Counted from the stretch's first letter, positions 1 to 10,147 are shown. The stretch: DNA of 64,000 nt from Patescibacteria group bacterium (GCA_041662565.1 JBAZSE010000002.1:155244-219243), one strand, 5' to 3'. The notes: generated by a model not told the origin, from the sequence alone. A program made the numbers and translations.

Positions 1-2
1 CG

Positions 3-785
3 GAAATTGAATCCAGAATCCGGACAGCTTTGGATTTACTAATTGCTCAAAACTGCAAGCTAACTTGCAGTTTTATTGATGCTTATGAAGCCGTGGGCCA
101 CAAAGCCATTGATGCGGCTAATAAGGTTAAAGAAGAATACAAGGATAAAATCACTTTATTAACCATTACCCAACCCTTGGGCGGCTTGGTTGATACGAAC
201 GCCAGAAAACTATATGAAGAGATCACAGCTAAAGCCGATATTGCCGGCGGCTTGCCTTCTAAAGACAGGCCAAATGACAAAGAAAATTTAGACAACCTTT
301 TTGCCATTGCCAAAAATTTAGGCAAAAAAATCCATGTTCATATTGATCAGGAAAACAATCCCAATGAACGCGATACCGAAACGCTGATTGAATATACCAA
401 AAAATACGGCTACGAAGGCAAGATAACGGCTATTCATGCCATTTCGGTTTCGGCCCAACCCAAAGAATATCGCCAACGGATCTACCAAGAAATGTCTGCG
501 ATCGGTATGAACGTTGTGGTTTGCCCATCAGCGGCTTTGGGCATGAAACAGCTTGATCAATTTAATTCCCCCGTTCATAATTCCATTGCCAATGTGCCGG
601 AAATGCTGTTGGCTGGAGTTAATGTGGGCCTGGGCGTTGATAATGTTTATGATTTTTACCAACCCTTTGTGGACGCAGATATTTACACTGAATTAAGAAT
701 GTTAATGGAGGGTTGCAGGTTTTACGATTTTGACCGTTTAGTGGAAATAGCAACTACAAACGGTAAAAAAATTTTAGAAAATTAA
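3..785 (+). CDS. Amidohydrolase family protein, cytosine deaminase-like (5' partial)
   Basis: Frame is open from position 3. Metal-binding motifs IHVHIDQE, TAIHAIS, VVVCPS and GLGVDN are typical of the amidohydrolase TIM barrel. Confidence 0.8.
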   Translation, partial: EIESRIRTALDLLIAQNCKLTCSFIDAYEAVGHKAIDAANKVKEEYKDKITLLTITQPLGGLVDTNARKLYEEITAKADIAGGLPSKDRPNDKENLDNLFAIAKNLGKKIHVHIDQENNPNERDTETLIEYTKKYGYEGKITAIHAISVSAQPKEYRQRIYQEMSAIGMNVVVCPSAALGMKQLDQFNSPVHNSIANVPEMLLAGVNVGLGVDNVYDFYQPFVDADIYTELRMLMEGCRFYDFDRLVEIATTNGKKILEN

Positions 786-789
786 TTAA

Positions 790-925
790 TAAGCGAGGAC
801 AAGAAAATTTGAGGAATCCGAGCGAGCGGGTCCCCCCGAGCGAGCCCAACCGAACGTAGTGAGAGTTGGGCGAGTTGAGGGAGGGTTCGAGCCGGGTCCG
901 AAAATTTTGCTTGGCCAAGCGTAGT
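790..925. repeat. GC-rich nested palindromic element
   Basis: Outer arms CAAGAAAATTT / AAAATTTTGCTTG, inner CCCAAC..GTTGGG hairpin, and CCCGAGCG...AGTTGAGGG matching the element in polA and femAB. Confidence 0.65.
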
Positions 926-931
926 AAAACT

Positions 932-2221
932 ATGCCTAAAATCTGGCAATCCAAATCAACCAAAATCCATCCGCTGGTAGAAAAATACACCGTAGGCAAC
1001 GATTATATATTGGATATGCGCTTGTTGCCTTTTGACGTAGAAGCATCACTAGCCCACGCAACTGCCTTGGCCAAATTAAAAATTTTAACTCCGGATGAAT
1101 TAAAAAAGCTGACTATTGGTCTAAAAGAGATTTTAAAACTCCACGCAGCCGGCAAATTTACCATTAAAATGGAAGATGAGGATTGCCATACGGCCATTGA
1201 AAATTATTTAATTGCCAAACTCGGGCCTTTAGGCAAAAAAATCCATACCGGCAGGAGCAGGAACGATCAAGTATTAGTGGCCACCCGCCTTTACACCAGA
1301 AAAAAACTTAATCAGGTTAGCGCCGAAATGATCAAGCTGGAAAAGGTGTTTTTAAACTTTGCTAAAAAATATCAGTTCGTGCCAATGCCCGGCTACACCC
1401 ATACCAGAAGGGCTATGCCCTCCTCTGTTGGGCACTGGGCGGCCGCTTACTTTGAGGAGCTAACCAACGATTACCAATTATTGCAATCCGCTTACAATTT
1501 AAACGACCAAAATCCTTTAGGCGCGGCCGCCGGCTTTGGCGTTAGTTTTAATTTGGATCGTAGATTAACCAGCAAACTTTTAAAATTCAAAAGAACTCAA
1601 GTTAATTCCATTTACGCCATTAACTCTCGCGGTAAAACCGAATCATTTATTTTAACCGTCTGCACCCAAATTATGATGACTCTGGGCCGTTTGGCTAATG
1701 AAATGATTTGGTTCACCACGCCGGAATTCAATTACTTTAACCTGCCTTGGGAATTTACCACCGGAAGTTCCATTATGCCGCAAAAACGCAATCCCGATGT
1801 GTTTGAAATTATCCGCTCTAATGTTAACGTGATCGTGGCTTTGCAAACACAGGTTAAGGATATTTCTAAAAATTTAATTTCGGGCTATAACCGCGATACC
1901 CAGCTAACCAAAGAACCATTAATTAAGGGCTTGGGAATTACCAGAAGAAGTTTGGAAATCGCCGCACTGGTAATGTCGGCCATTACACCGAATAAAAAGG
2001 ACTTAATGAAATCTTTAACACCGGAATTGTTTGCCAATAACGAAGCCAACCGCTTGGTTATGCAAGGCGTACCGTTTAGGGATGCTTACCAGCAAGTTAA
2101 AGAAAATCTGGATAAGCTAACGGTGCCCGATCCGGTTAAAGCTATTAAGGAAGTTGTTTCTTTGGGTGGCCCTGGAAATTTAAATCTTAAGGGTTACAAA
2201 ATTGATAAACCATTAAAATGA
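932..2221 (+). CDS. argH: Argininosuccinate lyase
   Basis: EDCHTAIE, HTGRSRNDQ, MPGYTH and TGSSIMPQKRNPD signature. ATG at 932 is preferred over TTG at 866, which lies in the palindrome. Confidence 0.95.
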   Translation: MPKIWQSKSTKIHPLVEKYTVGNDYILDMRLLPFDVEASLAHATALAKLKILTPDELKKLTIGLKEILKLHAAGKFTIKMEDEDCHTAIENYLIAKLGPLGKKIHTGRSRNDQVLVATRLYTRKKLNQVSAEMIKLEKVFLNFAKKYQFVPMPGYTHTRRAMPSSVGHWAAAYFEELTNDYQLLQSAYNLNDQNPLGAAAGFGVSFNLDRRLTSKLLKFKRTQVNSIYAINSRGKTESFILTVCTQIMMTLGRLANEMIWFTTPEFNYFNLPWEFTTGSSIMPQKRNPDVFEIIRSNVNVIVALQTQVKDISKNLISGYNRDTQLTKEPLIKGLGITRRSLEIAALVMSAITPNKKDLMKSLTPELFANNEANRLVMQGVPFRDAYQQVKENLDKLTVPDPVKAIKEVVSLGGPGNLNLKGYKIDKPLK

Positions 2222-2871
2222 GATTTTTTGAAAAACAACCAAATAGCGACCCTAAGCCTTTCAAACTCGGCAAAAAAATTAAGCCAGAAAGAGGTGGTTA
2301 TTTTTCAGAAACTCCAATACGGTCTAAAAAAAATCCTGATACTTTGGTAAAAAGATTAAAAATAGAGGGTGAATATGTAGACGAAACTTTAGATAATTAT
2401 GACGTTAACACCTTTAAAGAAAGGTATCAAAAAAGTTTGCGTTTACTCGAAACTTATTTGGCAGAGTTTTTACCTAAAATGCAATTAGTATTTGGCCAAG
2501 ATAAGGACCAAAAAAAGACCGGCTATCTATTGGTCCAAGAGATTATTTCGACAAAAATTCCCAAAGAAAATCATCAAGCGACTCAACAATTAAATACTCT
2601 TCTAATAAAAATTATCGAGATGTGGCTGGCGACACAAAAAGAAAGTGACGATAAAATAGGTATAATTCCTGAACTTTCCAATATTGGCGGGAATATTATG
2701 TATGGTCATACTAAAAATGATCAGACAGACAAATTTTATGTAGTGGATATATACCCTTTGGAATATCCTAATAAACGTGAATTAATAGAAATGATGAATG
2801 AATTTTTTTCAATGAACCCAGAAATAGACTTCACCGAAACTAAAAATAAACTTAGAGAATTAGAAATGTAA
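2218..2871 (+). CDS. Hypothetical protein (possible degenerate kinase-like fold)
   Basis: 217-aa AT-rich ORF overlapping the argH stop. LVKR, LLVQE, NIMYG and VVD are spaced loosely like a protein-kinase-like fold. Confidence 0.6.
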   Translation: MRFFEKQPNSDPKPFKLGKKIKPERGGYFSETPIRSKKNPDTLVKRLKIEGEYVDETLDNYDVNTFKERYQKSLRLLETYLAEFLPKMQLVFGQDKDQKKTGYLLVQEIISTKIPKENHQATQQLNTLLIKIIEMWLATQKESDDKIGIIPELSNIGGNIMYGHTKNDQTDKFYVVDIYPLEYPNKRELIEMMNEFFSMNPEIDFTETKNKLRELEM

Positions 2872-2876
2872 CAAAT

Positions 2877-3548
2877 ATGGAAAAATTCCAACAAGAATTT
2901 ATTGAATTCCTAATTACCAATAAAGCTTTGCAGTTTGGCGATTTTACTTTAAAAAGCGGAAGAAAATCCCCATACTTCATTAACACCGCGGTATTTGAAT
3001 CCGGTCAGTCAATTAAACAACTGGGCTACTTTTACGCTTCGTTAATTAAACAGGAATTTGGTTCTGACTTTGAAGTAATTTTTGGTCCGGCCTATAAAGG
3101 TATTCCTTTATGCGTTACTACCGCCATTGCCTTGGCTGATGACTTTAAAATGGACAAGTTCTACGCTTTTAACCGTAAAGAAGTTAAGGATCATGGCGAT
3201 AAAAAAATGATTGTTGGGCATCAGCTTAAAGATAACGAAAGAATTATTTTGATTGATGATGTGGTAACCGATGGCGCCACCAAGTTTGAAACCGTAGAGA
3301 TGTTAAACAATGTTGCTAAAATTAAATATACCGGCTTGATTGTGGCGGTTAACAGAATGGAAAAAACCGCCGAGGGCCTAGATGCTTTTAAAAATATTGA
3401 AGATAAACTTAACTTCCCCGTTAAAGCCATTGTCAGTGTAAGAGAAATAATTGACTATCTGACTGACAAAGAAATTAATGGCCAAATTTATTTAACCGCA
3501 TCCAAATCGCAAGAAATGGAAAATTATTTAAATGAATTTGGAAGATAA
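2877..3548 (+). CDS. pyrE: Orotate phosphoribosyltransferase
   Basis: FGDFTLKSGRKSPYF, FGPAYKGIP, RKEVKDHG and PRPP-binding IDDVVTDG. Confidence 0.95.
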   Translation: MEKFQQEFIEFLITNKALQFGDFTLKSGRKSPYFINTAVFESGQSIKQLGYFYASLIKQEFGSDFEVIFGPAYKGIPLCVTTAIALADDFKMDKFYAFNRKEVKDHGDKKMIVGHQLKDNERIILIDDVVTDGATKFETVEMLNNVAKIKYTGLIVAVNRMEKTAEGLDAFKNIEDKLNFPVKAIVSVREIIDYLTDKEINGQIYLTASKSQEMENYLNEFGR

Positions 3549-3580
3549 AAAAGAGGTGTGAATTTTTACATTCACACCTT
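3548..3580 (-). terminator. Intrinsic terminator of the ORFan cassette
   Basis: AGGTGTGAAT..ATTCACACCT hairpin next to an A-tract (U-tract on the minus strand). Confidence 0.7.
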
Positions 3581-3604
3581 GCTGTTTTATTACGGTAGAT
3601 TAAA

Positions 3605-4414
3605 CTACCAAAGAAGAGTTAACCCACATTCGGAGCCAAGATCGGTTAAGTTGCCATCCCCCCCATAGAAATCGAATTTGAAGATGTCGTCAAAATACCA
3701 GAACTTAACTGAAAAATAACGGGGATCTTTACTACGAATGGCCGAACAATGAAAATTCGCAGAGAAAGATTTTTCCAAAACATCTGGAAACATTATCGAA
3801 CTAATGGCCATCTCTAGAGGACCGGAAAGAATACAGTTTTCCGGTAAGGATTCCATCTGCTCTTGCCGAGCATTCTCGGAATAACCCTGCAAACTTCCCG
3901 GAAAATAGATTCCCACAACCGGACCATTAGAGACCTTTTCGATCAGCTGTCCGTATCGACTGTTGAGTGTAATTTCAACCTGCCCCGCCAAGTTACTCGG
4001 CTCAATTTCTGACTGCCTATAACTAGGGTCTCGTCGACAATAAGAAGCGGCTGCTACTTTTATAAACTTCTTGGTGGCCTCACCAAGGTCAGCAATATCC
4101 ATCTGCGGTATAACGAACCACAAATAAACACCTTTGAGCAAGTTTTTAATCTTCTTGTCCAGTTTAATGGTCGAAAGAAGACTATTAACACGATCTTCAA
4201 CTACGTCTGGCAAGATGTCAACTGAAAATCCGACCTCCAACAGATGGGCGAGTCGTTCTTGATAGTACGGTTTGTATTGGCTCCACCCTGACTTAACGCT
4301 TGATCTAAATAAGAAATGATTTCTGTATTCAGGATGCTCAATTACAGAATTACTTACCGCCGATTTCAAATCTTGCGGCGGGATCCGACGGCCATACTTG
4401 TCAAAGAGCTGCAT
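3605..4414 (-). CDS. Hypothetical protein (stand-alone ORFan cassette)
   Basis: 269-aa ORF with an AGGAG SD, TTGACA at 4528-4533 (minus) and its own terminator. Confidence 0.75.
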   Translation of the reverse strand: MQLFDKYGRRIPPQDLKSAVSNSVIEHPEYRNHFLFRSSVKSGWSQYKPYYQERLAHLLEVGFSVDILPDVVEDRVNSLLSTIKLDKKIKNLLKGVYLWFVIPQMDIADLGEATKKFIKVAAASYCRRDPSYRQSEIEPSNLAGQVEITLNSRYGQLIEKVSNGPVVGIYFPGSLQGYSENARQEQMESLPENCILSGPLEMAISSIMFPDVLEKSFSANFHCSAIRSKDPRYFSVKFWYFDDIFKFDFYGGDGNLTDLGSECGLTLLW

Positions 4415-4665
4415 TATTTACTCCTTTTCAAATTGATTCACCTACACCCTAGGCGCGGGATTATTATTTGATTGGTAAATGCCAATGTGTACAATAATAA
4501 TATATTAATATTACAAATTCAACTTTTTGTCAAGATTGACTTTTGATCGCCTAAAACCTAAAATAAACATACAAATATGGTAAAAATTGAATTAAAGAAA
4601 AATCATTTAAATTGAAAACTATTTTAAAAGTCCTTACTACAAAGGGCTTTCTTTAAAAAAAGAAT

Positions 4666-5415
4666 ATGGATTATAAAAAAAGAGCTGAAGCTTCATCAAA
4701 TCCTATAGCTAAAACTTTATTTGAATTAATGGAGAACAAACAAACCAACTTATGCTTGGCGGCTGATTTAACCGATTGGGATGAATTGATTAAATTAATT
4801 GCCACGGTTGGCTCGGAAATATGTGTTTTAAAAACACATATTGATATTATTGAAGATTTACCACCGAACTTTGCGGATAAATTAAACGATCTAAAAGAAA
4901 AATTCAATTTTTTGATTTTTGAAGACCGCAAATTCGCCGATATCGGCAATACGGTTAAAATGCAATACGAAGCCGGTATTTATAAAATCGCCGAGTGGGC
5001 CGATATTGTTAATTGCCACATTGTGCCAGGCCCGGGGATTATTGAGGGCTTGCGTGAAGTTGGCCTGCCAAAAGGCCGCGGTTTGTTACTGCTCGCTGAA
5101 ATGAGTTCACAAGGCAATTTAGCTACCGGCGATTACACTAAAACAGCCATTGAATGGGCTAAAAAATATGATGATTTTGTGATTGGCTTTATTGGCATGA
5201 AAAAATTAATTGATGATTCTAAATTTATCACCATGACTCCGGGCGTACAATTTGCTGCCACCAGCGACAACTTAAAACAACAATATAATTCGCCGGAACA
5301 AGTAATCCAAAATGGTTCGGATATTATAATTGTCGGCCGTGGCATTTATTCTTCAGCTAACCCCCAAGCCGAAGCCCAAAAATACCGTCAAGCCGGCTGG
5401 TCAGCTTTGTTATAA
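4666..5415 (+). CDS. pyrF: Orotidine-5'-phosphate decarboxylase (Ura3/UMPS-like type)
   Basis: LKTHIDII, FEDRKFADIGNTV, GLLLLAEMSS, TPGV and IIVGRGIY. Confidence 0.95.
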   Translation: MDYKKRAEASSNPIAKTLFELMENKQTNLCLAADLTDWDELIKLIATVGSEICVLKTHIDIIEDLPPNFADKLNDLKEKFNFLIFEDRKFADIGNTVKMQYEAGIYKIAEWADIVNCHIVPGPGIIEGLREVGLPKGRGLLLLAEMSSQGNLATGDYTKTAIEWAKKYDDFVIGFIGMKKLIDDSKFITMTPGVQFAATSDNLKQQYNSPEQVIQNGSDIIIVGRGIYSSANPQAEAQKYRQAGWSALL

Positions 5416-5466
5416 CGATATAAATAAGTTTAACTAAAAACAACTCTAATTTGAGTTGTTTTTTAA

Positions 5467-5510
5467 TGAAAAAAATAGGTCTTGCGCATCCGATTGGACA
5501 CGCAAGACCT
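5467..5510 (-). terminator. Intrinsic terminator of the ORFan cassette
   Basis: AGGTCTTGCG..CGCAAGACCT stem next to an A-tract. Confidence 0.7.
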
Positions 5511-5516
5511 TAGAAG

Positions 5517-6008
5517 CTATTTCGAAGTCAATTGTTTGATTCTCTTTGCCGCCTGCAGAGCGAGCGGTCGAGCATCAAAATAATTGTTGAAACCGATGCT
5601 GGTCTCCCAATTGCCATCGTAACATTTTACGGTAGCAAATCTCCATGACCAGACACCGTCCACGAGCATGAAGGCGTATTCCTCTTTGGTACCGTTATTC
5701 CGGGTAAACCTTATCACCTGGCCACCAGGAATATCGTAAGTCATCCACTGACTTTCGAATCCTTCGAAATCCTGACCTTCTTGCGTATTACTGACAGTTA
5801 CGGATTGCAACTGTCTAACGGAAAGGAGAAACTGTAACCGATCTCGATCGGCGCCTGGGAGAAACATGTTAATAGCGGCTGAATCGCCGTTCACCAACGC
5901 AGACATAGCTGTCTGCTGACGAATGAGCTGGTCATCCACATCCGGATGAACCCAATACCCAATGAGGCCACAAATGACGCAGACTGCGATGCAAAGAACT
6001 ATGCGCAT
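5517..6008 (-). CDS. Hypothetical exported or membrane-anchored protein (ORFan cassette)
   Basis: N-terminal hydrophobic helix, AGGAG SD, TTGACA at 6131-6136 (minus). Confidence 0.75.
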   Translation of the reverse strand: MRIVLCIAVCVICGLIGYWVHPDVDDQLIRQQTAMSALVNGDSAAINMFLPGADRDRLQFLLSVRQLQSVTVSNTQEGQDFEGFESQWMTYDIPGGQVIRFTRNNGTKEEYAFMLVDGVWSWRFATVKCYDGNWETSIGFNNYFDARPLALQAAKRIKQLTSK

Positions 6009-6237
6009 GATGCGCTCCTAAATTTTGCCGGCTTAAAAGCTGGCAGTGAATGAAATTGGCCTTTTTACGGGCCTATTATTTGATAACTTTGTTCAAATTA
6101 ACCTTTATTTTTAGCATACTTTATCAACTTTGTCAAGGACGCTTTAAAATGTTATAATTGGCAGCGAGAGAGAAAAGAAGGTTTACTTTCTTTTTAAACA
6201 AACGAACCAATTATACAAAGTATAATGTCGTCATTAT

Positions 6238-8874
6238 ATGTATTTACAGAAATTAGAAATTCAGGGCTTTAAATCTTTTGCCGAAAAAACCGTTTTGGAA
6301 TTTAACCGTGATCTAACAGCCGTGGTGGGCCCAAATGGCAGCGGCAAATCCAACATTGCCGATAGTGTACGGTGGGTTTTGGGCGAACAAAGCTTAAAAC
6401 TTTTGCGCGGCAAAAAATCCCAAGATGTAATTTTTGCCGGTTCTACCAATAAAGCTCGGCTGGGTTTTGCCGAAGTGTCTTTGTTTTTGAATAATGAAGA
6501 TGGCAAAGCCCCGATTGATTACCGCGAAATTGTGATAACCAGGAGAATTTACCGCGATGGCGAAACCGAATATTTGATTAATAAAAATAAAGTTCGGCTC
6601 TTAGACGTGCAAATGCTACTTGCTAAAGCCAATTTTGGAGTACGCACTTACGCCATTATTGGCCAAGGCATGATTGATTCCATTTTAACTTCATCCCCAA
6701 CCGAACGCAAAGAATTTTTTGATGAAGCCACCGGCGTTAGGGAATACCAGCTTAAAAAAGATCAGGCCATGCTTAAGCTGGAAAGAAGCAAAGAAAATTT
6801 AACCCAAGCCGAACAGCTATTGCAAGAAATAGAGCCACGGTTGCGTTCCTTAACTCGCCAGGTTAAAAGATTGGAACGCAAAGAGGAATTAACCGCCAAA
6901 TTGCGGGAACTACAAACCGTTTATTACAGCAGGCAACTGACTGTTTTGGATGAACAGCTGGCTAACATTCAAATTCAACTTAAAAATGGCGAAAAAGACC
7001 AAGCAAATTTGGAAACTCAATTGCTTAAAGGCCAGCAGGAGCTTGATCAAGAGCAATTAAACCAAACGCAGGCCCAGGCCTTTAGCTTGCTACAAAACCA
7101 ATACCAAAATTTAAGCACCGAACGCAACCGTTTAAGCCAAGAACTTTCGTTACTTAAAGCCAAGCAGGATTTAGATTTAACCAAAGCTGGAAAAGTTGAT
7201 TTGGTTTGGCTGCAAAATCGCTTGTTGGAAATTAATAATGAACAGCAAAAATTCCTTCAAGAAGAAAACAATTGCCAACAAGAACTTTTTAAATTAGAAA
7301 AATTATTAGCCACCAAAGTTGAAACCCAAAATGGGGTTTTGGCGGAATTTGAAGAGCTGCAAAATAAATTGCTGCAAAACAGGCAAAATGGTCCGGAAAA
7401 TTCCCAAGTTACCTTAAAAAAATTCCAAGAACAATTGCGCCAATTATATCAAAAACAAGCGGCTTTTATCGGGCAAATTGAAAAAATAAGCAATCTTGAA
7501 GAGTTAAAAAACATCAAAGAACTGGCGCAGGAGTTGTTGCAAAACCTTAAGCAAATGTCTGTGGATGTTGATACTGTTGGGCAAGTTTCTTCATCAATTG
7601 ATTTTAACGAACTGCAAAAACAACTGGCTGATTTTATAAAAACCAAAGATTCTTTGGTTAATGAAATTCATGGTTTAAAAATCAAAACCGAAGTAGCCAA
7701 ACAAAAATTAATTCAAACACAAACCGAACAAATCAAACTGAAAACGGAAGAAAAAAAGATTGTTGCCGAACTTTCGACTTATCAAAACCAAGGCAAACAA
7801 ATTGATAACGCTGATTTAAAAAATCGGCAAACGGAACTGGAACAGGCCATGGCCAAAATTGACGGACAAGTTGGCGAACTAAAAATAAAATTGGAAACTT
7901 TTTCGGCCAGCCAAGAACAGGAACGGCATAAATTCATGGAACTGCAACGCGGTTTACGAGAAACGCAAAGCAAGTTAAATTTGGTTAGCGCACAACTTAA
8001 CGGTTTAAAGGTTGAGCTGGCTCGGCTGGAAACCAAAAAAGAAGATTTAGGCAACGAGATCAAAACCGAATTTATCGGAGAATTTGTATTGCAAACAAAT
8101 CCGGAACCGCTCAATTTAAATGAACTTTTGGCCGAAATTAACCGTTACAAAAATCAACTCTCCATTATCGGGGGGATTGATGAAGATGTGGCTAAAGAAT
8201 ATGCCGAAGTGAATGAACGCTACGTTTTCTTAAATGAGCAGGTTACTGATTTACAAGGAGCCATTGAATCGTGCTTACAGATTATTGAAGAATTGGACCA
8301 AAAAATTACCAGCCAGTTTGAAGTAGCTTTTGAAAAAATCAACGAAAAATTTGAACATTATTTTAAAATCCTCTTTAATGGCGGACAAGCTAAGCTGACT
8401 TTGGAAAAGAAAGTTATTACCGAGGAAGTAGTGGAGCAAGAAACTCTTGAATCCAATCCGGTTGCTAAAGCCAAACCCAAAATTGAAGACAAAAGATTAA
8501 AAACCAAAATTGAATTTGGCATTGAAATCCAAGCCACGCCTCCGGGCAAACGGCTAAAATCAATCAATACCCTTTCGGGCGGTGAAAAGGCCTTAACTTC
8601 CATTGCCCTAATTTCCGCCATTATTGCCAACAACCCTTCGCCTTTTGTAATCTTAGATGAGGTAGATGCCGCTTTAGATGAATCCAATTCCATTAGGTTT
8701 GCCAGCATTGTTAAAGAACTTTCCACTCAAGCGCAATTTATCTGTGTGACCCACAACCGCGCCACCATGCATCAGGCCGCTATTTTGTACGGCGTAACCA
8801 TGGGCGCAGATGGCATTTCCAAACTTCTCTCCATTAACTTAACGGAAGCCGAAAAAGTAGCCGAAACCAGCTAA
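6238..8874 (+). CDS. smc: Chromosome segregation SMC ATPase (short form)
   Basis: GFKSFA, Walker A GPNGSGKSN, LSGGEK signature, LDEVDAALD and a coiled-coil middle. Confidence 0.92.
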   Translation: MYLQKLEIQGFKSFAEKTVLEFNRDLTAVVGPNGSGKSNIADSVRWVLGEQSLKLLRGKKSQDVIFAGSTNKARLGFAEVSLFLNNEDGKAPIDYREIVITRRIYRDGETEYLINKNKVRLLDVQMLLAKANFGVRTYAIIGQGMIDSILTSSPTERKEFFDEATGVREYQLKKDQAMLKLERSKENLTQAEQLLQEIEPRLRSLTRQVKRLERKEELTAKLRELQTVYYSRQLTVLDEQLANIQIQLKNGEKDQANLETQLLKGQQELDQEQLNQTQAQAFSLLQNQYQNLSTERNRLSQELSLLKAKQDLDLTKAGKVDLVWLQNRLLEINNEQQKFLQEENNCQQELFKLEKLLATKVETQNGVLAEFEELQNKLLQNRQNGPENSQVTLKKFQEQLRQLYQKQAAFIGQIEKISNLEELKNIKELAQELLQNLKQMSVDVDTVGQVSSSIDFNELQKQLADFIKTKDSLVNEIHGLKIKTEVAKQKLIQTQTEQIKLKTEEKKIVAELSTYQNQGKQIDNADLKNRQTELEQAMAKIDGQVGELKIKLETFSASQEQERHKFMELQRGLRETQSKLNLVSAQLNGLKVELARLETKKEDLGNEIKTEFIGEFVLQTNPEPLNLNELLAEINRYKNQLSIIGGIDEDVAKEYAEVNERYVFLNEQVTDLQGAIESCLQIIEELDQKITSQFEVAFEKINEKFEHYFKILFNGGQAKLTLEKKVITEEVVEQETLESNPVAKAKPKIEDKRLKTKIEFGIEIQATPPGKRLKSINTLSGGEKALTSIALISAIIANNPSPFVILDEVDAALDESNSIRFASIVKELSTQAQFICVTHNRATMHQAAILYGVTMGADGISKLLSINLTEAEKVAETS

Positions 8875-9015
8875 GTAGGCAAGAGCAAGCGGGATCTTGA
8901 CAAATACCGGCTTTCCATTATAATACCCACTAATGCTGCAGTAGTGCTCTCGCCTTTGCCCCATGAGGGAAAAAACCAACGGCGAAAATTTATAATCATC
9001 ATTTATTAATTTACT

Positions 9016-9486
9016 ATGTTATCAATTAGATTCTCTCGCACAGGCAAGAAAAAACAGCCCTATTTTAGGGTTATTCTTACGGAAAAGCAAAAAGATCCTT
9101 GGGGCAAATATATCGAACTTTTGGGCAACTATAACCCCAGGAGCAAAGAAACCAATTTAAAAACTGACCGTATCAAATACTGGCTTTCGGTTGGCGCTCA
9201 AGCCACTACCAGCATCCATAACTTATTAGTTAAGGTAGGTGCCATAGAAGGCAAAAAGAAAAATCCGGTTAGAGTTTCTAAAGTTAGAAAAGTTAAGTTA
9301 GATGCCAAAAAGAAAGAAACTTCGGATGCTTTGGCTAAAACTGAAAAAGATGCTTTAGACGCTAAAGCCAAGGCGGAACAAGATGCCCAAGATGCTAAAG
9401 CTGCCGCAGAAGCCCCTCAAGAATCAACAGAACAAGTTTCTCCGGTTGTTGAAGAAAAAGCCGATGAACCGGTTGTTACTGCCTAA
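9016..9486 (+). CDS. rpsP: 30S ribosomal protein S16 with C-terminal extension
   Basis: MLSIRFSRTGKKKQPYFRV, IELLGNYNP and YWLSVGAQ. Confidence 0.95.
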   Translation: MLSIRFSRTGKKKQPYFRVILTEKQKDPWGKYIELLGNYNPRSKETNLKTDRIKYWLSVGAQATTSIHNLLVKVGAIEGKKKNPVRVSKVRKVKLDAKKKETSDALAKTEKDALDAKAKAEQDAQDAKAAAEAPQESTEQVSPVVEEKADEPVVTA

Positions 9487-9622
9487 AAAAATTCAGAATT
9501 GACAGGGTAATAACAATAAGCTAATATAATAAAAGTTCTTTAAAAAGACAATTTTCCTTTCAATTTAAGTCCCTGAAGGGAAAACTGAGCTTGTAAGAAT
9601 TTATCATTAACAGTTGAAAAAC

Positions 9623-9970
9623 ATGTCCGACAAAGATCAAGAGTTCCTGGAGTATGTTGTCAAAAATTTAGTTGACACTCCGGATAAAGTCAACGTTGAT
9701 AGAACGGTTGACGAGATGGGAGTCCTATTGACTCTTAAAGTGGATCCATCCGATATGGGTCAAATTATTGGCAGGCAGGGTCAAACCGCCAGAGCCATCC
9801 GCACTTTGTTGCGCGTGGTTGGTGCCAAAAATAACGCCCGCGTTAACTTAAAGATTTTTGAACCAGAAGGTTCTACCAGAGGACCCAGAATGATGAGGAG
9901 CAATGACTCCAATCAAGGTTCCAGAACAGAAGATATTGACACTAGCGTTGTTGATGACTTGAAATTGTAA
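9623..9970 (+). CDS. khpA: KH-domain RNA-binding protein (KhpA/YlqC)
   Basis: DMGQIIGRQGQTARAIRTLL, in the conserved position after rpsP. Confidence 0.9.
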   Translation: MSDKDQEFLEYVVKNLVDTPDKVNVDRTVDEMGVLLTLKVDPSDMGQIIGRQGQTARAIRTLLRVVGAKNNARVNLKIFEPEGSTRGPRMMRSNDSNQGSRTEDIDTSVVDDLKL

Positions 9971-10039
9971 TTTCAAATTATCTCTATAAAATTTAAGAAC
10001 CTCACTTTTATCGGTGAGGTTCTTATGTTAAGATAATAC

Positions 10040-10141
10040 TGTCATTCCGACCGAACGAAGCGAGTGGAGGAATCCCTTATTCGTTAATTCATTGATAAGG
10101 GATTCCTCGGCTCGCCCCTTTGGGGCTCGCTCGGAATGACA
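10040..10141. repeat. REPIN/MITE-like long palindrome (TGTCATTCCGA type)
   Basis: Perfect 11-bp terminal inverted repeat TGTCATTCCGA / TCGGAATGACA and a 14-bp inner stem GAGGAATCCCTTAT / ATAAGGGATTCCTC. Confidence 0.85.
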
Positions 10142-10147
10142 AAAAAT

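Noticed and set aside
866-931. N-terminal extension of ArgH
   Set aside because: It derives from the palindromic element. ATG at 932 matches the family start.
3548-6140. Integron cassettes
   Set aside because: No integrase and no attC-type GTTRRRY/RYYYAAC ends. The cassettes are dispersed and carry their own promoters.
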